Positions 29,291 through 37,622 of a stretch of 64,000 nt of DNA are shown here, piece by piece. The position numbers were made by a program, and so were the translations under genes. The stretch is from an uncultured Gammaproteobacteria bacterium (GTDB lineage: Bacteria > Patescibacteriota > Microgenomatia > Levybacterales > GWA1-39-11), in assembly GCA_964485575.1 (NCBI GenBank), contig CAZAJO010000008.1, positions 921 through 64,920 on the forward strand, in the 5' to 3' direction. Position 1 is the stretch's first letter, and each line of letters opens with the position of its first letter. The notes beneath the pieces are model-generated. The model was not told where the DNA came from. It did not search any database and worked only from the letters and a program-made list of their open reading frames with translations.

Positions 29291-30925
29291 TTAATTTTTT
29301 GGACCTCCTTCTTGAGGTATGGGTGCAATTGGGGCTACAGATGGCATAGCGTGTTGAGGTGTAGACTCGTGGGGAACTGCGGATTGGGGTGGTGATGCAA
29401 CCTGATGAGTAGGTTGTAGTGGGGCTTGTGCTGCAAATTGTGGCTGGACTATTTCTGCTCCTTTTATCGACATGGCAAGAAGAGCATCTTTATTATCCAT
29501 TATCTTTTTATTGAATTCCTTCAGGTCATTCGTAGCAGTTACATCATACAATATTTTTTGCCTACCTCTGTCATAATAAGCTGTTATCAAGCCCCTCTTT
29601 ACATCTTCGAGATCCTCAACTTTTTCGATGAGGTTTTGTAGTATCAGGGATATGACTACTAACTGCACAATTCGTGGAACTGACTCCTGATAAGGCTGGT
29701 TGAAGAATTTTTGGATAAGCTCTCCAAGTCTTAAGTTTTTCTTCACATCCTCAGTTAACTCTTGCCCAAAGTGGGAAATATTTTGCAATTTATCATTTTG
29801 TGAGATGAATGCTGTCAATTCTTTATTGATTTCCCGTGTCAATTTATCCAATGTCTGACGGCCAACACGGGTAACTGAAAGTGGAATGTTAACAGCCGGC
29901 CTCATTCCTTGAAAATAGATATTGCTGTCCAAATAGATGTGACCATCAGTAATTCCCATAACATTTGTTGTTATATATCCGGTAAAATCACCTTCAACAA
30001 TTTCAATGACAGGAAGGCAAGTCAGGCTCACTTCTCCTTTTGTTTTATGTTTGAAATTTCCTCCACGCTCGAGTAATCTTGAATGTACATAAAAGATATC
30101 CCCAGGATATGAATCACGACCAGGAAATCTACGGGCAAGAAGAGAAATCTCGCGGTAAAATTTTGCATGAGATGAAAGATCATCCAGTATCAAAAGTGTG
30201 TCTGTTCCTTGTTCTTTAAAATATTCAGCAATGGTCATTGCAGCATAAGGTGTCTGATAAATGAGAGTCGGAGAGTCATAGGAGCTTGTCGCTACAATTA
30301 TTATTTTATTCATGATTTTCTCTTCGATAAAAAATTGTTGTAGCTTTTTGATATCGCTTTTCTTTTTGGCGATAGCTGCATAAATCACTGTATTACCCTC
30401 AAATATCTGGGTTTTTATGATATTCATGATAAGAGATGTCTTTCCGGTCTTTCTGTCCCCGATAAGAAGTTCCCGTTGACCTCGCCCTAAGGGAATCATA
30501 AGATCCAAAAGTGCAACTCCTGTCACCAATTGCTTTGTAATCTTTTGACGGCCAGATATTCCGACCGGTTTTGCCTCAATATCTCGCATTGTTGTTGGAG
30601 GAGTGAAAGGAATACTTGGATCTAGAGGTTCTCCCAATGGATTTATGGCATGTCCCAGAAGTTCCGGACCGACCGGAACAGATAAAAGTGTATCGGTTCT
30701 TGTTACCATCGTACCCACTCGGACAGGCTCATGGGAAAAAACACGAGCCTCGACTTTCCCCCTATTGATGGCAAACACCTCAGCCTTCTGACCGGTCTCA
30801 AAAAGTATGACCTCGTGAGTTCTGACTTTTGGTAGCCCCTCGATAAATGCGATAGGATGGCTAACCTGATAAACAACACCGTATTCTCCTGATTTTTGTA
30901 GTAAAGCGTCAAATTGAGCGTTCAT
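29291..30925 (-). CDS. atpA: F-type ATP synthase alpha subunit with an atypical Pro/Gln-rich C-terminal tail
   Basis: The alpha-type P-loop GDRKTGKTS is present. The tail reads ...QPQFAAQAPLQPTHQVASPPQSAVPHESTPQHAMPSVAPIAPIPQEGGPKN. Confidence 0.9.
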   Translation of the reverse strand: MNAQFDALLQKSGEYGVVYQVSHPIAFIEGLPKVRTHEVILFETGQKAEVFAINRGKVEARVFSHEPVRVGTMVTRTDTLLSVPVGPELLGHAINPLGEPLDPSIPFTPPTTMRDIEAKPVGISGRQKITKQLVTGVALLDLMIPLGRGQRELLIGDRKTGKTSLIMNIIKTQIFEGNTVIYAAIAKKKSDIKKLQQFFIEEKIMNKIIIVATSSYDSPTLIYQTPYAAMTIAEYFKEQGTDTLLILDDLSSHAKFYREISLLARRFPGRDSYPGDIFYVHSRLLERGGNFKHKTKGEVSLTCLPVIEIVEGDFTGYITTNVMGITDGHIYLDSNIYFQGMRPAVNIPLSVTRVGRQTLDKLTREINKELTAFISQNDKLQNISHFGQELTEDVKKNLRLGELIQKFFNQPYQESVPRIVQLVVISLILQNLIEKVEDLEDVKRGLITAYYDRGRQKILYDVTATNDLKEFNKKIMDNKDALLAMSIKGAEIVQPQFAAQAPLQPTHQVASPPQSAVPHESTPQHAMPSVAPIAPIPQEGGPKN

Positions 30926-31461
30926 TATTGTTTTGGTGGCAATGTCACCATGCCTGACGAGACAAGCATTTCGCTTGTGACTTTTGTAAGGATAGGCCGT
31001 ATCGAAAAGTCCAGATATTTACCACCTGATTTGATAGCAGCGCCTGCAACAAGGGACTTATCTACACTTACTTCAAAAAGGACTTGCTTATTAACATTTA
31101 TGACAAACCATCTTGAGAAAGCTTGTAGTGTCTCTTCTTTAGGCTCAAAAGCGAGAATGAGCGAGATGATAGGAAGACCGGTTATTTTTATCTGTATCTT
31201 CTCTATAAAGTCTTTAATGGCAAGCCGAGACTCTGGATTTACGTTGTTGTTGCGAAGCAATGTCATAAAAGCATCCTTTTTCTTGATCCCAAAATTATCC
31301 AAAAGTGCAGCCTCCGGATTGAACTGAGTCGCAAATATCTTTTGAGAGATAAGGTTGAGGCGGTTTGAGAAATCCTCCGCTTGAGCCTTTGTGTTAAATA
31401 GTTCTGATAGGTCAAGTGTATCCATATTAGTCGAATAATCCGTCTTTTTTAGCTCGTTCAA
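30925..31461 (-). CDS. atpH: F-type ATP synthase delta (OSCP) subunit
   Basis: A 178-aa product in the canonical position between atpF and atpA. The start overlaps the atpA start region by 1 nt. Confidence 0.55.
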   Translation of the reverse strand: MNELKKTDYSTNMDTLDLSELFNTKAQAEDFSNRLNLISQKIFATQFNPEAALLDNFGIKKKDAFMTLLRNNNVNPESRLAIKDFIEKIQIKITGLPIISLILAFEPKEETLQAFSRWFVINVNKQVLFEVSVDKSLVAGAAIKSGGKYLDFSIRPILTKVTSEMLVSSGMVTLPPKQ

Positions 31462-32167
31462 GTGACTTTATGACTAGATTTTGATGATCCTCAAGTGACA
31501 GTGATTTGTTGAGGATCTCTTGAGCCACTTTCTGAACAATCCCATTACTTGCTTGCTCGATCCTATGCATTTTTGCTGTCTTGTATGTTTCTATTTCCTT
31601 CTCAAGATTGTTCAGTAACGTCTGTCTAAAGTCTCTTATCTGCTGCTGTAGGGCAAGCTCTAATTCACTTGTGACATTCTGAAACCCGCTCAGAGACAGA
31701 GTTGTTATCTGCTTTAAAGAGGCTTGGTAGCTTGCTGTAAAAGCATTTCCCGTGTCATATGCCTCCTTGTGGACATCAACTACTATCTTTTGCAATGCTT
31801 GGTCTAAAGCCATTTTTGAACTCGAGCTCACATTGCCAACGTCAACTACCATCCGCTCCAAAGCATTGTCCAAAGATGCCTTTGAAGTCTGACTGATATA
31901 CTGCGCTCCTGCAAGAACTTGGTTGGCCTGATGGGTCGCAATCTGCATAATCTGATTGGACTGATTGACCGCGTTGTCTAGTATCTGACGCTCGCGGGCC
32001 ATCCCATTGCCGACTATCTCACTGTAGTCAGTTTCGAGCTTATTCTCACGCTTGTCGATGTTTTTTTCTTTATTTCTTACTCCAAGCAAGTAAAAAACAA
32101 CAAAAACGACGATTACCAGGTCAAACACAACACTAATAACCTGGAAGAGCAGGTTGGGCATATACAT
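31427..32167 (-). CDS. atpF: F-type ATP synthase b subunit with an extended coiled-coil
   Basis: N-terminal TM helix MYMPNLLFQVISVVFDLVIVVFVVFYLLGV followed by a long charged helical region. It lies upstream of atpH. Confidence 0.55.
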   Translation of the reverse strand: MYMPNLLFQVISVVFDLVIVVFVVFYLLGVRNKEKNIDKRENKLETDYSEIVGNGMARERQILDNAVNQSNQIMQIATHQANQVLAGAQYISQTSKASLDNALERMVVDVGNVSSSSKMALDQALQKIVVDVHKEAYDTGNAFTASYQASLKQITTLSLSGFQNVTSELELALQQQIRDFRQTLLNNLEKEIETYKTAKMHRIEQASNGIVQKVAQEILNKSLSLEDHQNLVIKSLERAKKDGLFD

Positions 32168-32483
32168 CCATAGTACGGTAAAACGTGAATTTTGTGAAGA
32201 TGTCAGTATATATAACTGAAGGAAGAATTGAATTTTGAGGTCATTAGACCTATAACTTTTCGCGCCTTACAAATGTCACAAGCCTATAGGTTGCATGCTG
32301 TATAATTACTGTTATGCAAGCAGAAGTAAAAGTCATTCACCTCTTAGAACCTATGGAGGAAGGGAAGGGTACTGTTGCGCTATTTTTAAATGATGAATAT
32401 GGATTTACGGTATTCGAGCTTTATTCTAAAATTCGAAGCTTTTTTACTAACAATCAGTTATAATTTCTTACACATGAAAGGGG

Positions 32484-32909
32484 GTGAACTACATGACAAA
32501 ACTTAATCCTTATATAAATTTTAAAGACAACACGCGAGAGGCAATGGAATTCTACAAATCAGTATTTGGAGGAGAACTTACCATGAGCACTTTTAAAGAG
32601 GGCATGGGCCAGGACGGACCTGAGGCAGATTTGATAATGCATGCCATGCTTATCGTCGGACCTGAAATGACACTTATGGCATCTGACACTCCATCTCATA
32701 TGGAATACAAACCAGCTGCTGGAATCGGGATGTCTTTGAGTGGTGAAAGCTCAGATGAAGAGCAACTTACCAATTATTGGAACAAACTGTCTGTTGGCGG
32801 TACACCATTTATGCCACTTGGAAAAGCTCCATGGGGAGATACATTTGGAATGTTGACTGATAAATTCGGTATCAACTGGATGGTAAATATAGCTGGCAAG
32901 AAAGAATAA
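32484..32909 (+). CDS. VOC / PhnB-like (glyoxalase-fold) protein
   Basis: The N-terminus MTKLNPYINFKDNTREAMEFYKSVFGGEL is characteristic of the PhnB/YjdN-like family. The product is 141 aa. Confidence 0.7.
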   Translation: MNYMTKLNPYINFKDNTREAMEFYKSVFGGELTMSTFKEGMGQDGPEADLIMHAMLIVGPEMTLMASDTPSHMEYKPAAGIGMSLSGESSDEEQLTNYWNKLSVGGTPFMPLGKAPWGDTFGMLTDKFGINWMVNIAGKKE

Positions 32910-32931
32910 AATTTCTTGATTCTATAACTAA

Positions 32932-32959
32932 AAAGCTCACTTTACGTGAGCTTTTTTTT
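32932..32959 (+). terminator. Rho-independent terminator after the PhnB-like gene
   Basis: The sequence aagctcac-tttac-gtgagctt forms an 8-bp perfect stem and is followed by tttttttg. Confidence 0.75.
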
Positions 32960-32992
32960 GAATCTGATAGCGGTCAGTAGTATAATCGCCGC

Positions 32993-33442
32993 ATGAGAGA
33001 AATTTTTCCTGATTACGAGCTTACCGAAGACCATTTCATGGAAGTGATTAAGGACAGGATATCCAAACTAAAGATAAAAAATGGTGAATTAAAGACAGGT
33101 AATGGATTTGAAGACCCCGCAGAAAAAGAGAAAGATTGCAAAGGTAGATCAAAACACTATATTGCCTTGAACGGAAAAGATACACCAAGACAACAGGCTG
33201 TGTCTCTTGTTCATGAAGCTATACATATAGATATTTCTGAAAGATTTTGGGAGCAACCCATGTATGGAACGTTCATAGAAATGAGATCTGATGAGGAAAG
33301 GTTAGTCGCATCTAGAACTGAAAAGTTTTTAGGTGAAAATTTGTCACTTGCTTTAGCTGGACTATATTTTACAAAGATGAAGCATGGCAATGGTATCCAA
33401 ATTCCCCTCATTCCCGAATCTATGCTACCAACTACAGCCTGA
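32993..33442 (+). CDS. Hypothetical small protein with a HEXXH motif (HEAIH)
   Basis: A 149-aa ORF with ...LVHEAIHIDISE.... Its 3' end overlaps the convergent gene by 11 nt. No recognisable family. Confidence 0.45.
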   Translation: MREIFPDYELTEDHFMEVIKDRISKLKIKNGELKTGNGFEDPAEKEKDCKGRSKHYIALNGKDTPRQQAVSLVHEAIHIDISERFWEQPMYGTFIEMRSDEERLVASRTEKFLGENLSLALAGLYFTKMKHGNGIQIPLIPESMLPTTA

Positions 33443-34277
33443 GGATGAGAAATGCTACACCAAGACCTGCAAGGGCAATTGCTGCTACTATCGTGACATT
33501 AAAGATAATCCCGAGATGAATTATGCGTGACGCCGCGGGATTTCGACCCAACGCCTCAACACCTTTTGCAGCTGCACGTCCAAAACTCAAAAATCCAAGT
33601 ATCATAGAACCTAAGACCACAATTGCGGCCATTATGTATTTAAATATTGCTGAAGGTCCTTCTTTTGTAGGAGTCAGTACTAACTTGAATACATCAGAAA
33701 GTGTACCTGGAAAGGTTGGCTTAGAGTTGAAATAGTGAAGATCAAGACTTATCGCTATCTTGTCAGACGCTTTCTTATTTGAGTTTGTATAGTCCTCAGC
33801 CGCAGTTCCCAATACATATCCCTCTTTTGTCGCTTTGACAGCAACCCCTGGCATTGTTGATGAAGTGACCAGATCTCCCTTTTTTATATTCCCCTCCAGT
33901 GAAGAGACATAAACATATACTGTTCCTGTTGAAATGACAGGCACACCATTTGTGATATTTGTGGTGTTTATAATAATTGCAGCATCCCGCGCAACTACTC
34001 CAAGGACTTGAGAATCGTATGGTATTGTGGTTGCTACTGCACCCTTTGACCCTGCCGAAAGAATAATACCATCCTTCACATTTTTATCCTTCACATCAAC
34101 CATATGAGCAACCCCCAAAGTAGCCCCGGTGTCAGTCGTTGAATTAACCGCAGGGGTAGCAGTCTGAGCTTCAATTTTTACAACGTTCGTTACAAAAACC
34201 AAAAACATCAATACTACAAATAGGAATAATCTTTTCATATATCTACTATAGCAATTTTTACCTTTGACCAGAAACAA
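33432..34277 (-). CDS. Secreted protein with an N-terminal signal peptide and a C-terminal two-helix membrane anchor
   Basis: Signal peptide MKRLFLFVVLMFLVFVTNVVKIEA. C-terminus ...MAAIVVLGSMILGFLSFGRAAAKGVEALGRNPAASRIIHLGIIFNVTIVAAIALAGLGVAFLILRL. Confidence 0.55.
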   Translation of the reverse strand: MFLVKGKNCYSRYMKRLFLFVVLMFLVFVTNVVKIEAQTATPAVNSTTDTGATLGVAHMVDVKDKNVKDGIILSAGSKGAVATTIPYDSQVLGVVARDAAIIINTTNITNGVPVISTGTVYVYVSSLEGNIKKGDLVTSSTMPGVAVKATKEGYVLGTAAEDYTNSNKKASDKIAISLDLHYFNSKPTFPGTLSDVFKLVLTPTKEGPSAIFKYIMAAIVVLGSMILGFLSFGRAAAKGVEALGRNPAASRIIHLGIIFNVTIVAAIALAGLGVAFLILRL

Positions 34278-35250
34278 TTTCGGAAAGACTTTGGCTATTG
34301 TTAACCTTTTGCGTTACGTCATCCTTTTCCCGTTGAAGTTCATTCACTTTTATATTTAAGTCTTCTGATTTTATCTCTAGTTCAATATTGTTGACTCGAA
34401 GTGCCTCTCCAATGAGATACCTTTCCAGTTCAAATTTATATAATAATTTCGTGTTTAGCCAGTTCACTGTCAGAGACATCAAATTCAGAAAAATGATAAG
34501 AAGTGGAATCGTCAATTCTTTATCAAACAGTTTCATATAACCTGCAGTCAAAAGTGCAAAACTCATAACAGGTGGAACAACAATCAAATAGATAAGAAAC
34601 CTGAGAGACAATCTACTGCTAGGACTGTCTATCGTTAGCATACCTAAAAATCCTCTATCAGGCTTACTTAGCAACAAGGACTGGCAACTTATGATAAATA
34701 GTGCAGAAATCATGAGTTGATTAACTTTTGTATGAAGATCTTGCTTTGTTATGACAGCATAAACAGATTCATAAAAAGTAAGTGCAACCAGTAGTATCGT
34801 GAAAAAGAGTATTAGTTGACTGAAAAAATGCCTATGGACTAATTTAGTGTAAAGCAAAATCATGGTAATACCAAAAACACAAAGAGCGACACCATAATAG
34901 AAATTACTTTGAGAACTGAGAATAGATAACACTCCAAAAAGAATAATAAGAACCAATAAAACAACACTAATAATCTTGCGTACGTTAGAAAGTTGAATGG
35001 TACTATACTTTTTCTTCTGGATTAACAAAAACAATGCTGAAGAAATAACCCCTGCAAAAATAAATAGATGAATCAAACCAAATAAAAACATCACAAAAGC
35101 TGCTCCCGCCGATAAAACACCACTAACATCTGAAATCCTTCTAATGAGGGTAACAGCGCCTGTATTTGCAGGAACATTTATATTTGAAGCGGGGTATACG
35201 ACTTGAGTCATACTAAAAGTATAGGTAAAATTACTATGGAATACAAACAA
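34258..35250 (-). CDS. Polytopic membrane protein (about 7 TM) with a C-terminal cytoplasmic coiled-coil and no kinase domain
   Basis: Multiple hydrophobic helices. The tail ...NIELEIKSEDLNIKVNELQREKDDVTQKVNN has heptad-like spacing. There is no H-box or HATPase motif. Confidence 0.55.
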   Translation of the reverse strand: MFVFHSNFTYTFSMTQVVYPASNINVPANTGAVTLIRRISDVSGVLSAGAAFVMFLFGLIHLFIFAGVISSALFLLIQKKKYSTIQLSNVRKIISVVLLVLIILFGVLSILSSQSNFYYGVALCVFGITMILLYTKLVHRHFFSQLILFFTILLVALTFYESVYAVITKQDLHTKVNQLMISALFIISCQSLLLSKPDRGFLGMLTIDSPSSRLSLRFLIYLIVVPPVMSFALLTAGYMKLFDKELTIPLLIIFLNLMSLTVNWLNTKLLYKFELERYLIGEALRVNNIELEIKSEDLNIKVNELQREKDDVTQKVNNSQSLSEIVSGQR

Positions 35251-35291
35251 TCAAGTTCATAATTATTCACATAAAGGAGTATAATTTTAGG

Positions 35292-35663
35292 GTGACAAAA
35301 ATACTCTTGATTGATGATGATCCACTAATACGTCGGCTTTATTTAAAGGCACTTCAATTTTCAGGGTTTGAGACAAAAATTGCATCAGATGGAGAATTGG
35401 GAATAACAATGGCACGTACTTATCTTCCGGATCTTATCCTACTTGATATCATGTTGCCTAAAAAAAATGGGTTTGAAGTCTTAAGAGAATTAAAGATTGA
35501 TCCACAAACAGCCTCAATCCCAGTAATAATCCTGTCTAATCTCTCACACGAAAGTGATGCAGAAACTGCGCTTGATAGTGGAGCTATCAACTACTTAATA
35601 AAGAGTGATCACGAACCAAATGAAGTTGTGCAATTGATTCAAAAAACTCTTAGCATAAGTTAG
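35292..35663 (+). CDS. Stand-alone response-regulator receiver (CheY-like) protein with a GTG start
   Basis: ILLIDDD, DLILLDIMLP with a phospho-acceptor Asp, ILSN, and YLIK with the conserved Lys. The product is 123 aa with no output domain. Confidence 0.85.
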   Translation: MTKILLIDDDPLIRRLYLKALQFSGFETKIASDGELGITMARTYLPDLILLDIMLPKKNGFEVLRELKIDPQTASIPVIILSNLSHESDAETALDSGAINYLIKSDHEPNEVVQLIQKTLSIS

Positions 35664-36673
35664 TTAGGTTGAAGAACTTCAAGTAATCCTGACAAAGACA
35701 TCGTTGCAACACATATCACCGAATCACAACCACCATAGTAAAGATATATAGTGTCATCTCTCACAATAGCACCACATGAGAATACAAGATTTGGAATTGT
35801 TCCTTGCATCTCATAATCTTTTTCTGGCTCAAGAAGGGGAGCATTCGTTCTTGAAATTATTTTACGAGGGTCAGAAGGGTCAAGTAGCATAGCTCCAATC
35901 TTATAAACAAATCCTGGATTGCAAGCAGCATGGTAGAACAAAAGAAGTCCTTTTTCAGTCTCTATTGGTGGTCCTGCAATACCAATCTTTATGTTGTCCC
36001 AGTTGTCTAGTCTGGCTTGGGCCATAATGCCGCCGGTTAAGAATTTGACATCAGGAAATGATAAATCTCTCAACTTATCAAACCAAATAGAATGGCCAAG
36101 TCTATGGAAAGCATAATACCCATTTTCAAGTTTAAAAACGCTTGCATCTTTATCATCAACCCCCGGCGGTGAGATAAGCTTTGGACTGTCCCAATTCCAG
36201 TTTTTGGCGACAAAATCACTGACAGAGATGGAGGTAAATGCGACTCTTGGAGGATTGGTTCCATCATATGCTGTATAGGTCATATAAAATCTGTTCTCGA
36301 TCTTTGTAATGCGGGGATCTTCGCATCCTGAATTCCATCCCGGTTTTGTGCTCATCTCAAAATCCTGGGTAGGACGGTAGATAGGCTCATCGAGATTTTC
36401 ATTAATGGTTAATCCATCAACGGATGAAGCGTATCCCAGACAGCTTACACCATCATATCCTTGAGCTCTATATATAAGATGGACTCTCCCTTCCTCATAT
36501 ACTACAGCCGGGTTGAATGTCGCTTTTGCCCGCCATGAAAAATTAGGATCCGGAGTGATGATAGGATTTCCGTCAAACTTTGTAAACTTCGTCTGGATTA
36601 CATCCTGAGGCTCACTTTCATTAATGGATTTTTTTGTGTTGTTTGAGGATGAAAATCCTAAGAACTCGAACAT
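35660..36673 (-). CDS. GH130-like (DUF377 / beta-mannoside phosphorylase family) glycosidase
   Basis: 337 aa. Motifs include ...EDPRITKIENRFYMTYTAYDG... and ...GYASSVDGLT..., which fit a beta-propeller GH130/GH43-like fold. Confidence 0.55.
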   Translation of the reverse strand: MFEFLGFSSSNNTKKSINESEPQDVIQTKFTKFDGNPIITPDPNFSWRAKATFNPAVVYEEGRVHLIYRAQGYDGVSCLGYASSVDGLTINENLDEPIYRPTQDFEMSTKPGWNSGCEDPRITKIENRFYMTYTAYDGTNPPRVAFTSISVSDFVAKNWNWDSPKLISPPGVDDKDASVFKLENGYYAFHRLGHSIWFDKLRDLSFPDVKFLTGGIMAQARLDNWDNIKIGIAGPPIETEKGLLLFYHAACNPGFVYKIGAMLLDPSDPRKIISRTNAPLLEPEKDYEMQGTIPNLVFSCGAIVRDDTIYLYYGGCDSVICVATMSLSGLLEVLQPN

Positions 36674-36720
36674 ATATTTATAGTAGCACTAATTGACCAC
36701 CGTGGTAAAATCAACTACAT

Positions 36721-37161
36721 ATGCAAAAGGAAAAATTTAAGATGATTGTCTCTGTTTATCTACTTCTTATGAAGGAAGGAAAAATTTATCTTCAAAAAAG
36801 AAAAGGTACAGGATTTAGGGATGGACAATGGGGGCTTATTGCCGGTCATCATGATGGAGGCCAAACTCTCAAAGAAGCGATGATTCGGGAGGCCAAAGAA
36901 GAAGCAAACATTGAAATTTTGCACTCGGATCTTCAATTTGTTCATGCTCTCCATAAAAGAGAAAATGACGAGAGACTCGAAATATTTTTCAGAACTGATA
37001 CTTGGGTAGGTGAACCGATCATTGCCGAACCGCATAAGGCAGAAAGCGCAGAGTGGTTTGACCCAAATCAACTTCCTGAAAGAACAATAGACTACATTGC
37101 AGATGTCATCAAGAATGTTACAGCTGGAACTAACTATAGTGATTATGGTTTTGAATCATGA
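36721..37161 (+). CDS. NUDIX hydrolase
   Basis: Nudix box GLIAGHHDGGQTLKEAMIREAKEEANIE. The true start is possibly M at 36742. Confidence 0.85.
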   Translation: MQKEKFKMIVSVYLLLMKEGKIYLQKRKGTGFRDGQWGLIAGHHDGGQTLKEAMIREAKEEANIEILHSDLQFVHALHKRENDERLEIFFRTDTWVGEPIIAEPHKAESAEWFDPNQLPERTIDYIADVIKNVTAGTNYSDYGFES

Positions 37162-37622
37162 ATAAGCTTGCGACTCTTTGCTATCTTCAAAAAAATGGGC
37201 GCACACTTATGATATGCCCCCACAAAAAGAAAGTCACAGAATATAATGGGAAATGGAATGGATTGGGAGGAAAAGTGCAGAATGGAGAGACCCCTGAAGA
37301 ATGTGCGATACGTGAAGTGTATGAAGAATCCAATTTAAAGGTTAAAAAGCTCCAGTTTGCGGGTATCCTTACGTTCCCTAAGATTTTTGATGATCAAGAT
37401 TGGTATTGTGTAGTTTATAAAAGCTCAGATTTTTCCGGAAAGTTAATTGAGTCTGATGAGGGAAACCTGGAATGGATAAAGAATGAGAAAGTTTTGGAAA
37501 AAAACCTTTGGGAAGGTGATCATTTTTTTCTTCCGTATCTTTTTTCAGGTAAATTATTCAATGGGAAATTCTTTTACAAGAAGGGTACATTGTTAAAGCA
37601 TTCAATATCCCTTATGGAGTAG
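37158..37622 (+). CDS. NUDIX hydrolase (MutT-like)
   Basis: Nudix box GLGGKVQNGETPEECAIREVYEESNLKV. Confidence 0.85.
   Translation: MNKLATLCYLQKNGRTLMICPHKKKVTEYNGKWNGLGGKVQNGETPEECAIREVYEESNLKVKKLQFAGILTFPKIFDDQDWYCVVYKSSDFSGKLIESDEGNLEWIKNEKVLEKNLWEGDHFFLPYLFSGKLFNGKFFYKKGTLLKHSISLME

Noticed and set aside
34075-34277. The C-terminal hairpin of the secreted protein as a genuine atpE
   Set aside because: It is in-frame with a 215-aa extracellular domain and lacks the essential Asp/Glu of helix 2. It is kept only as a low-interest note.
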